NCBI GenBank assembly: GCA_001794025.1
Contig: MGJA01000013.1
Location: 1 to 59,436 of the forward strand
Direction: 5' to 3'
Length of the DNA: 59,436 nt
Source of the DNA: Candidatus Yanofskybacteria bacterium RIFCSPHIGHO2_01_FULL_41_21
GTDB lineage: Bacteria > Patescibacteriota > Minisyncoccia > 2-02-FULL-40-12 > GWA2-44-9
Shown piece after piece: positions 27,318-36,700 of this stretch. The stretch's first letter is position 1. Every line of letters starts with the position of its first letter. Under the pieces are notes generated by a model, which was not told where the DNA came from, made no database searches, and saw nothing but the letters and a program-made list of their open reading frames with translations. The translations under genes were made by a program, and so were the position numbers.

Positions 27318-28823
27318 ATGTCTAAAAACAAGAATCTCAAGATTTTATTCGTTGCTTCGGAAGCCGGCCCGTTTGCTAAAGTGGGGGGCTTAGGGGAAGT
27401 AATGTTCTCTTTACCTCGTTCACTTAGACGCCTCGGTCATGATGCTCGGGTGATGATTCCGCGTTATCTTTCCGTTGATCAGGAAAAGTTTAACTTAAAA
27501 ACGGTGATGGAAGGACTAAAGGTGCCGACCGGTGGCGAATACGAACCCCTTGTCTGTAATGTTAAAATGTTTGATTCCGTTGAAGCCGATGGTAATTCGC
27601 CCGCGCCGACTTATTTTTTAGAAAATGAGGAATATTATGAAAAACGTGCCAATGTTTACGGTTATAGCGATGACAGTATTCGTTGGGCGTTATTGTGTCG
27701 GGGGGCGCTTGAGTTTGTTAAAGCATCGGAATGGAAGCCGGATATAATCGTCGCTTCGGATTGGCAGACAGGTTTGATTCCTAACTATTTGCATACTACT
27801 TACAAAGAAGATCCAGATTTAAAAAATATTGCGGTTTTGTTCTCAATTCATAATATCGGTTTTCAAGCCAGTTTTGATCATCATTTTATCACGGAGATGG
27901 ATTATGATTCCGGCCAAGCGGAAATTCCATCCATTTACGACCCGAAATTTCTTAAATTAAACTTTATGCGTCGGGGCGTTATGTATGCCGATGTTATCAA
28001 TACTGTTTCACCGACGTATGCGCAAGAAATTACGACTCCGGAATATGGCGAGATGTTACAGGATCTTTTATCCGAGAGGAGAGGTATTCTATATGGTATT
28101 TTAAACGGCATTGATTATGAAGAATGGAATCCGGCGACGGATGATAATTTAAATTTTAAGTTCAATCATAAAGCGTTGGGTGAACGGGATAAAAATAAGT
28201 CGGTTTTACAAAGAAAATTTAATTTGCCTGAAGATGAACACGCCTTCTTGATTGGTATTGTTTCACGTTTGGTAGATCAAAAGGGTTTTGACATGCTTAT
28301 GACTTGCGGCGATTCGTTGCTTAATAATTTCAATATTCAATTGATCGTGATTGGCACCGGTGACGGTAAATACATTACTTTTTTTGAGGAACTTCGGAAA
28401 AAACATCCCAACAAACTCGGTATCCATTTGTCATTTGATGCAATTTTACCCCGTCTTCTTTATGGTGGGGCTGATGCGATACTTATCCCTTCCAAATATG
28501 AACCCTGTGGTCTGACTCAAATGGAGGCGATGCGTTACGGGGCGGTGCCGATTGTTCGAAAGACGGGCGGTTTAGCTGATAGCGTTCAGGACTTTGACCT
28601 TGAGAAGAACACCGGCGACGGATTTGTTTTTGAAAATTATGATAACTACGCTTTACTCGGGACAATTATTCGGGCGATGGAAATAAATAAACACAAAGTT
28701 ATCTGGAAGAAAATGCAAGAACGGGCGATGAAGAAAGATTTTTCCTGGGACCGGTCCGCCGGTGAATATGCCAAAATACTTAATCGGGCGATTGAGTCCC
28801 ATATTAAAAAGATAGAGGGCTAA
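27318..28823 (+). CDS. glgA: Glycogen/starch synthase
   Basis: ILFVASEAGPFAKVGGLGEV N-terminal motif, GT5 C-terminal motifs. ATG 27318 preferred to TTG 27294. TATAAT at 27306-27311 lies 6 nt upstream, so the mRNA may be leaderless. Confidence 0.85.
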   Translation: MSKNKNLKILFVASEAGPFAKVGGLGEVMFSLPRSLRRLGHDARVMIPRYLSVDQEKFNLKTVMEGLKVPTGGEYEPLVCNVKMFDSVEADGNSPAPTYFLENEEYYEKRANVYGYSDDSIRWALLCRGALEFVKASEWKPDIIVASDWQTGLIPNYLHTTYKEDPDLKNIAVLFSIHNIGFQASFDHHFITEMDYDSGQAEIPSIYDPKFLKLNFMRRGVMYADVINTVSPTYAQEITTPEYGEMLQDLLSERRGILYGILNGIDYEEWNPATDDNLNFKFNHKALGERDKNKSVLQRKFNLPEDEHAFLIGIVSRLVDQKGFDMLMTCGDSLLNNFNIQLIVIGTGDGKYITFFEELRKKHPNKLGIHLSFDAILPRLLYGGADAILIPSKYEPCGLTQMEAMRYGAVPIVRKTGGLADSVQDFDLEKNTGDGFVFENYDNYALLGTIIRAMEINKHKVIWKKMQERAMKKDFSWDRSAGEYAKILNRAIESHIKKIEG

Positions 28824-28832
28824 TATTATTTT

Positions 28833-30323
28833 ATGAAGTGGGCCAATTTTTTACATTTTTATCAGCCGGTTGATCAGCAACCGGATATTCTTGAGGCCGT
28901 GGTTGCCCAGTGCTATCGACCGGTTTTGGAAGGTTTTAGAAATCATAAAAAAATCAGATTGACGGTTAATATTAACAGCACCCTACTGGAGCTTTTTGAT
29001 AAATATAAATATCACGATCTGCTGGATATTCTTAGAGAACTTGGTAAAGAGGGAAGAATTGAATTCACTTCATCGGCCAAGTATCATCCGGTCCTCCCGT
29101 TTTTAAGTGAGAAGGAGATAATTAGACAGATTAAACTCAATAACGAAACGAGCACTTTTTTCCTGGGGGAAGCTTTTCATCCGAAAGGATTTTTTCCGCC
29201 TGAAATGGCCTACAAAAAAGAGCTGGCTCCGCTTATTGCCGATCTTGGTTTTGAATGGGTTATCTTGGACGAGATTGCTTTTCCCGATAATAGTCACAAG
29301 ATTGATTATACAAAAAGATATCGCATAAAAGACACAGCTTTGGATGTTTTTTTCCGGGAAAGACGGTTGAGCAATTTAATTATGAGTGCCATTGTCCGCT
29401 CTGAAGAATCACTTTTGGAGGCGCTTAAAGATGACATTAAAAGTAATCGTTATGTGGTAACGGCTATGGATGGAGAAACCTTTGGTCACCATCGTCCCGG
29501 TTTAGAAAAGACCCTGTTTGATATTTTTTCCAGTGATAAATTGGAACTTGTGACCATGTCGGACTTAATTAAATCCTATCCCGATGTCCAAGAGGTAGGG
29601 CCGGTGGCTTCCACTTGGGCCTCCAGCCGAGAAGATATTGAAAAGAACATCCAGTTCCTTTCTTGGTCTGATCCGGAAAACCAGATCCACGCTTTGCAGT
29701 GGAAATTTACAACTTTGGTTTTAGAGAGTGTTTATGAATTGGCTGGAGATAATCCTCTTTTTAAAGAGATAAGACACAAAATGGATACGGCCTTAGCGAG
29801 TGATCATTTTTGGTGGGCTTCGGCTAAGCCATGGTGGAGTTTGGAAATGATTGAGGACGGGGCTTTTAGATTATTGGATACTATCAGAAGTATTCCCAAT
29901 ATCTCAAACGATAAAGTAAGTAAAGCCCGCGATTATTACGAAGAGATTATTAAGACCGCTTTTAACTGGCAACGAACCGGTAAGATTAGATTAATGATGC
30001 GGGAACAGACAACTCGTTTAAGAATTCCTTTTAAAGATAAAACACTCGGAGCGGGTGGGGCGGAAGAGGGGGTCTATCATGCTTTCATAGATATGATTAA
30101 AAAATTAGAACAAGAAGCATCCAAGAAAGGCGAATATGAGAAGTCAATTTTGTGGCGGGATGCTCTGTATAAACTAGATAATAAATTGGATATCTATGAC
30201 GCTATCAATGCTATTGATTTATTGCGGACCGAAATTCCTCATGAAGAGGTAGAAGCCATTATTGAAAAATACAAAGAACAATATCGGAAAATCCGAGGCG
30301 GTCAGCCGGAACAAAGGGGGTAA
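28833..30323 (+). CDS. Glycoside hydrolase family 57 alpha-glucan enzyme
   Basis: HFYQP..Q, DGETFGHH motifs. Confidence 0.75.
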   Translation: MKWANFLHFYQPVDQQPDILEAVVAQCYRPVLEGFRNHKKIRLTVNINSTLLELFDKYKYHDLLDILRELGKEGRIEFTSSAKYHPVLPFLSEKEIIRQIKLNNETSTFFLGEAFHPKGFFPPEMAYKKELAPLIADLGFEWVILDEIAFPDNSHKIDYTKRYRIKDTALDVFFRERRLSNLIMSAIVRSEESLLEALKDDIKSNRYVVTAMDGETFGHHRPGLEKTLFDIFSSDKLELVTMSDLIKSYPDVQEVGPVASTWASSREDIEKNIQFLSWSDPENQIHALQWKFTTLVLESVYELAGDNPLFKEIRHKMDTALASDHFWWASAKPWWSLEMIEDGAFRLLDTIRSIPNISNDKVSKARDYYEEIIKTAFNWQRTGKIRLMMREQTTRLRIPFKDKTLGAGGAEEGVYHAFIDMIKKLEQEASKKGEYEKSILWRDALYKLDNKLDIYDAINAIDLLRTEIPHEEVEAIIEKYKEQYRKIRGGQPEQRG

Positions 30324-30413
30324 GAGATGGTCTATTGTATTTAATTGAGGGTTGGCGTATATTCTGGGTATTAACTAACCTGGGGCCTACCTTGGATAGA
30401 CCTCTCCAAAAAT

Positions 30414-31565
30414 ATGAAACAAATATTTTTACGATTTTGCGCTGTGTTTGTGCTTGTTTTTGGCTTATTTTCAGTGTCTTTAGTCGCTCATGCTACTACC
30501 CCGACATTGTCTGTTTCAGCGACGGGAAGCGGTGATTCGGTAACTGTTTCTGTCTATGGTGATCCTAATGCCAGCGTAACACTGTACCAGCAAAATCAGG
30601 GGTACAACTATAATACCCAGACCCAATATCTTGGAACTACCAATTCTAGCGGGTATCTTTCAACAACTGTTAACACAAATAATTACGGAATTACATCCGG
30701 TAGTAGTGTTTATGTCGTGGTGAATAATCAAACTTCATCCAGTGTCGTCTGGCCCTATAATTATAATAACTATAACAACTACAACTACGGAAATTATTAC
30801 GGTTCATTATCTTTAAGCCAGACAAATGTATCGGTAAATGTCGGCCAATCGGTGAACGTTACTATCAACGGAGGTAGCGCGCCATACACAATGTATCCGA
30901 CTGGGACTAATATTTTTCAGGCCGTAATTGGTGGCAATAATCTTCAAATCGTCGGTCTAAGTAATGGTTCGGGTTCGGTAAATGTTTGTTCTTCCGGTGG
31001 AACCGGAAGCGGGTGCGTCGTTTTATCGGTAACGGTTAATTCCAGTTATTATGGCGGAACCAATTACTATAATCCGCCTGTGTATAATAATCAGGCCATA
31101 ACTTTTAGTCAGAATAATCCTAGTTTATACATTGGGCAGAGTATGACCATTTCTGTATCCGGTGGTAACATATCCGGTTATTATTATGGCGGGAACTATT
31201 ATGTTGGCCACAATTCTAACTCCAGTGTTTTATCCGCGAACATGAGCGGAAGCACATTAACTCTTCAGGGATTGGCAAATGGAAATACAGCGGTTGTGGT
31301 TTGTACATCATCTACAAACTGTTCCGCTCTTAATATAACCGTCGGTTCAACCGGTTATGTAAATCCGAATAACAATTTTGGCAATTGGATTTCGTGTGCC
31401 GGCGAAAACCAATATTGCTCTTTCTCGGGAACCAGAAATGTACAGTATGGCGCGAATGGGGTTTATGTTTACCGAACCTTTACGAACGGTGTAAATTGCT
31501 CCAATGCCGTCTTTGGTGATCCTATCTTTGGGGTGGCCAAACGTTGCAGTATCAGCGGATATTAG
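30414..31565 (+). CDS. Secreted Asn/Ser/Tyr-rich repeat protein with Cys-containing C-terminal domain
   Basis: Signal peptide, repeated Ig-like segments, low-complexity NYNNYNNYNY. Confidence 0.5.
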   Translation: MKQIFLRFCAVFVLVFGLFSVSLVAHATTPTLSVSATGSGDSVTVSVYGDPNASVTLYQQNQGYNYNTQTQYLGTTNSSGYLSTTVNTNNYGITSGSSVYVVVNNQTSSSVVWPYNYNNYNNYNYGNYYGSLSLSQTNVSVNVGQSVNVTINGGSAPYTMYPTGTNIFQAVIGGNNLQIVGLSNGSGSVNVCSSGGTGSGCVVLSVTVNSSYYGGTNYYNPPVYNNQAITFSQNNPSLYIGQSMTISVSGGNISGYYYGGNYYVGHNSNSSVLSANMSGSTLTLQGLANGNTAVVVCTSSTNCSALNITVGSTGYVNPNNNFGNWISCAGENQYCSFSGTRNVQYGANGVYVYRTFTNGVNCSNAVFGDPIFGVAKRCSISGY

Positions 31566-31569
31566 GATC

Positions 31570-32493
31570 TCATCTGTTGATAGCGGTTTTGATGATACTT
31601 CGGAATGTACTCTCGGGGATGGAAAAACTAATATTACTGGAACCCTGAACAGTAGCAACGTTAATACCGATAACGTTGCCATTTAAATCTAACAAAGGTC
31701 CGCCGGAATTTCCGGGATTAATAGCGGCGTCGGTTTGAATCACGTCGGAAAGGGTTTCAATACTTCCATTTGAAGTTGTCGCCTGAATAGTCCTGTTAAG
31801 TCCCGAAATAATTCCCATAGAAACGGTATTATTATATTCTCCAAGGGCATTGCCGATAGCTATAACGGTTTGACCGAGTTGTAAACTTTTTGAATTGCCT
31901 AGTTTTACCGGCTGGTAATTGTTGCCGGATATTTTAATGATAGCAACATCATTTGTCGGGTCTTTATAAATGACTTGGGCGGTCTGTTGTTTACCGTTGG
32001 ACAAGAGAACAGTATAGCTCGCGTTATTATCGGCGACAACATGCTTATTAGTTATAATATAACCGTCAGAGGTTATTACAAAACCGCTTCCGGCGCCAAC
32101 TTTTTGGGACTTAGTTTCGCCGGTCGGTTCGTAAACCGGAACCCTGATGTTGATATCTTGGAAAAACGGGTCATTCCCGAAAGGATTCTTGTAAACGACT
32201 TTATGGAGAGGGACATTTTCACTGATAACAATGGAGACAACTGATGGGGTATTTTTAGAGACCGCCGACGTAACCACTTCTTGGGCGGACATTCCCGATG
32301 TGCTTTGTTGCTTACTGACTAAAGCAAGTTGGGTTTGCAGGGTCGCAAGTTCTTTTTTTAGAGCAGTGATTGAATTATCCTGATTTTGCTGTTGTTTTAG
32401 AGTTTCCTTCTTGTATAACAGAAAACCGCCTATATTGCTGATAGTTATAAGCAGAATTATTACCAGAAAGGGGATGTATTTCCTCATAAACAT
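31570..32493 (-). CDS. Trypsin-like serine protease (HtrA/S1C-like, no PDZ)
   Basis: TM anchor; catalytic triad contexts TNKHVV, NDVAIIKI, GNSGGPLL. Confidence 0.8.
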   Translation of the reverse strand: MFMRKYIPFLVIILLITISNIGGFLLYKKETLKQQQNQDNSITALKKELATLQTQLALVSKQQSTSGMSAQEVVTSAVSKNTPSVVSIVISENVPLHKVVYKNPFGNDPFFQDINIRVPVYEPTGETKSQKVGAGSGFVITSDGYIITNKHVVADNNASYTVLLSNGKQQTAQVIYKDPTNDVAIIKISGNNYQPVKLGNSKSLQLGQTVIAIGNALGEYNNTVSMGIISGLNRTIQATTSNGSIETLSDVIQTDAAINPGNSGGPLLDLNGNVIGINVATVQGSSNISFSIPESTFRSIIKTAINR

Positions 32494-32512
32494 TATTTTA
32501 TAAGAATATTAA

Positions 32513-32556
32513 TTAAATACCAACAGTCCCGCCTAGGCGGGACTGTTGGTATTTAA
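32513..32556 (-). terminator. Long perfect hairpin downstream of the 32576-33424 gene
   Basis: ~19-bp stem AAATACCAACAGTCCCGCC / GGCGGGACTGTTGGTATTT. Confidence 0.6.
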
Positions 32557-32575
32557 TTTTATCTCTTGTTTAAGT

Positions 32576-33424
32576 TTAGAATCCGAAGAGAAGTTGGAAG
32601 AATCGGCCGATACCACCGAAGAATTTACCACGAGCTTTTTCTTCGTCATTCGGTTTTACACTTGGACTTGGTGTAGCGCCTTGGTCAATGACCGAATAGG
32701 CCGTGATGGCGGTACCGTTGATTGTTCCTTGGACGACGACATTATCGCCGACCACTACCGTTGAGATAGTAGAGAGAGCGCCTTTGTTTTGGACTTTGGC
32801 GGTTGAACCATCAACTGTGTAGGTGACATTACTCTTGTTAGTAATTGTTAAGGTTGTTCCGTTAATGGCGGTAACAGTACCGGCAATTATCGGTTGGCCG
32901 TTCCCTTGGATAAGGGGAGTTGGCTTTGTTTTTTTATCTTTATCCTCTTTTTCTTCTTTATTTACCCCATCATGAATAGTGGTGGCAAGGACATTAGTAC
33001 CCGTAATTGTACCCTGAATCTTAACTATATCGCCGACAGTAATACCGGAAACAGTTGAAGCGACGCCGGCTTTAACAACGGTTGCCTGGCTGGCATCAAC
33101 AGTGTATACGATTGGCGCGGGAGTTGCTTTTGGCGCGTCTTCGTCTTTATTATTATCGTTATCTTCATCATCTTTACCCCAGGCCCAACCCACTCTACTA
33201 TTACTGGTTACAGTAAGGGTCGTGCCATTTATGGCGGTAACCGTACCGACAATGTTTGGACGCATTACATTGACTCGGTCCATCATCATTCTGCCCCAAT
33301 TTATTAAGCCACCTTTGTCATCACGCGATTCACTTGATTGTGAATTGTTTGTTTGAGCAAGGGCCGGCACGGCTAATACCAAACTAGCCAATACTGCCAG
33401 TGAAATATATTTATTTTTTATCAT
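32576..33424 (-). CDS. Secreted DUF5666-like repeat protein
   Basis: Signal peptide; four GTVTAINGTTLTVT-type beta repeats. Confidence 0.55.
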   Translation of the reverse strand: MIKNKYISLAVLASLVLAVPALAQTNNSQSSESRDDKGGLINWGRMMMDRVNVMRPNIVGTVTAINGTTLTVTSNSRVGWAWGKDDEDNDNNKDEDAPKATPAPIVYTVDASQATVVKAGVASTVSGITVGDIVKIQGTITGTNVLATTIHDGVNKEEKEDKDKKTKPTPLIQGNGQPIIAGTVTAINGTTLTITNKSNVTYTVDGSTAKVQNKGALSTISTVVVGDNVVVQGTINGTAITAYSVIDQGATPSPSVKPNDEEKARGKFFGGIGRFFQLLFGF

Positions 33425-33534
33425 CCCGTTAGAAATTTTACTGACCGTCCACCATTTTATGATGGTGGCTATGGTTAGTAATTTTAGTTAATAATTTAAT
33501 GAGATATTCCCGCAGGGTTAATTTCTAACGGGAT
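33423..33534 (-). promoter_or_regulatory. Structured 5' leader / palindromic element enclosing the start codon (homologue of 44182-44295)
   Basis: 15-nt arms ATCCCGTTAGAAATT / AATTTCTAACGGGAT. The distal arm contains the first two bases of the AUG. Shared internal blocks with the second copy. Confidence 0.5.
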
Positions 33535-33769
33535 TACTCAATATTAATAAAAGAGCCAGTTCGACTCATACTAGCTCCATGTGACTAGATACGTAATGAC
33601 CTCTCTCCTTGTTTCAGCCCTTTTTACTGAAATAATTACAAAACATTTATTTTCTTTGACTACTTGACAGGTTTTTTACAAAAGAATACGGTGATATCAT
33701 AAATAAATCTTGTTGAAAAAATGTAGATTATTCGCCAATAATTTACAAATTCAACAGGAATCTCATACC

Positions 33770-36700
33770 GTGAAAAATATCACCGGACTTCGTCGTGGGG
33801 GAGTGGTAAGTAAATCAGTTATTGCAGTCGTCATGACCGCCACTTTTTTGATGAGCGGTTTTTTTGCACCTAATAATGCTTTGGCGGTAATTTCCTCGAT
33901 TGATGTTACATATCCAGCAGCAAGTGACATTTATGTAAAAGGAACTTTTAATATTACATGGGCAGCAGCTGGAGAACCCGACGATTTGGTGGATATTTAT
34001 TATTCGACTAATGATTTTGGAATTAGTACTAAATTGACAGCTAGCGGTATTGATTATGATGCAGGAACTTATGCTTGGAATACCACTTCTCCTGCAATTC
34101 CTGATGGAGCATCTTATAAAATAAAAGTTAAGAGCACAAGTAATGATATAAATGGAATTTCAGCAAATACATTTACCATCGACAACACTCTTCCTACCGT
34201 CCCGACTGTGTTGACTCCCAATGGTGGACAGGTATTGAAAGGTGGAGATGATTACGATATCACCTGGACATCTTCGGTAGATACTAATTTTAGCGCCACG
34301 CCGATCAAGATTGAGTATTCTAAACTAGGTGACTTTAGTGATACCACCACAGTGGTGGCCGCCACCGCCAATGATGGCAGTTATACCTGGAGTTTACCGA
34401 CTGACGACACTACTACCGCAAAGATAAGAGTTACCGCTACTGATCTGGCCGGCAACACGGGTAGCGATTTATCCAATGCAACTTTTACCATTGACTCCAC
34501 CGCACCAACTATTCCGGTTACCACTCTAACTGGCACTACCGTCCAGGCCGACAATGACACGATTACCATTGTTTTCAGCGAGCCGGTGTTAGCCGATGAC
34601 GGTACCTGGTCAACCAATGAATTCAGTGCTATTGAAAGTCCAGACGGTACAGTGCTTGACCTGACTGGCGCGGTTTTTGGTTATGCCGGCAGTACCCTTA
34701 CGATTACACTATCCGAAGCTAACGAATATTTGCAGAATGGAGATTTTGTCGCAGTAACAGCAGTAGCTGGTAAAATCAAAGACCCCGCAGGCAATGCACT
34801 GGCGGCGATTGAAGTGATTGGTACTGTCGCTGTAACCGGCGATGTAGCCGCTCCTACCGTGGCGCTAACCTATAACCCGGATCGGCCGGTAAAAGATGCC
34901 GACACCGTCACCATCACTGCCACTTTCAATGAAACTATTCTGGGTACTCCCCAGATTGCCATTGCCACCGCTGGTGACGGCGATGTGGCAGCAACCGGAA
35001 TGAGCACCACGGCTGATCCTCTAATTTGGACTTACTCCTGGAACGTGCCAAGCGGAACGGATGATGATGGCCTGGCAACCATTACCATCTCTGGGGTAAC
35101 CGATCTGGCCGGCAACGCCAACGCGGTGGCCAGCAATAATACCCGAACAGTAGATAATACCGCACCCAGTGTCAGCAGTTATACTCTTAACGGTGCCACC
35201 GCCCACACCTACTTTAATCCCGCTCTGGGAACGGTCCAAATTCACATCACTGCCAGCGAAGCGGTGCATTTTAATCGCATTCGCGTTTGTGCCAATGGCG
35301 ATGCGGTATGTAATGATGGCACGGCACTTAAATACTTCACCCAAACCACCAGCTTTTCGTCACTTGGCTCAAAAACTTGGGACGGTTATGATAATCAATC
35401 CACGCCGGTAATCGCGCCTGATGGTGTCTACAAACTTAATACCAATCTGGAAGATGAGGCCGGTAATGTAGCGACTGTTATCCTGACTACCTACCTGATT
35501 ACCGTGGATACGGCTGATCCGACTTTCAGCGCCTTCAACGCACCGGCCACCGATGCAGTTTACAAAACCAATACTCCGTTGCAATTTACACCAGATGACT
35601 CTGCTACGGCCGTAACTTGTGCCTATAAAATTGATACTAGCAGTTATATTTCAGTTGATTGTACGGCTGCCACACCGTTCAGCGACACGATTCCTGATGG
35701 TAGTTTGAGTGATGGTCGCCACACTGTTACGATTAAAGTCGTTGATGCTGCCAATAATTCTTTGGAATCGTCCCCAGTTTCCTTTGTTTTTGATAATAAT
35801 AATACCCTTACCGTTGATGACGACGGTATTGCTTTCGCTGACTTCAGTACGATTTCCGAAGCGATTACTAAATCAACTACTAATGATACGATTAATGTCG
35901 CGGCGGGGAGTTATGGTAATAGTTTGACGGTAAACAAAACTCTGACTATAAATGGCGGTGTCGGGGGTGAAACATCTACTCAAACTGCCGCAGTTTCCAT
36001 TACCGCCGACAATGTCACGCTGGATAACTTTACATTTACTGGAAATTTGGGTGGTGACGCGTTTATTAATCTTGATAACGATACCGCGCATTCGGGTATC
36101 AGCTTAACCAATAATACTTTTGACGGAGCGATTACTACTTGGCACGTTATCCGCGCGGGCGGTAACAAAGACGACCTGACAATCACCGGCAACACATTCA
36201 CCGGAAGCACTTCGGGTAACGACAATGCATTGATTCTCTTGGGAGTTGGAGGAAGCAACATCAATGTCAGCACCAACATCTTCGAAAGTTTTCCAAGTAC
36301 CTACTCGTTGGTCGCTATTCAGCACAGTGCGAGCGGTGGTGCAAGGACTGATGGACTTACTATCAGTGGCAACTCGTTTGACTACACGGGGTACACCAAT
36401 GCAGGGAACGGCTCGGAGGCTATCAGCGTGCGGTATGCAGATAATGTCACGGTCAATGGCAATATCTTGACGGGTTCGGCATCAGATACGACATATGAAG
36501 CGGGAATCACGCTCGCTTCTGTAACCTCCACTGGGGGCCAGAGCGTCATCAGTGGAAACACGGTAAACGGATTCAGTCGCGGCATTCGTATTCAGCGATG
36601 GTCTGGCGGTGATGGATTCGCTGACGATGTAGAAATCACCAACAACACGGTAACCGATGGGGTTAGCAATGATTTGAATTACGGGGCAGCTTCTACGGGC

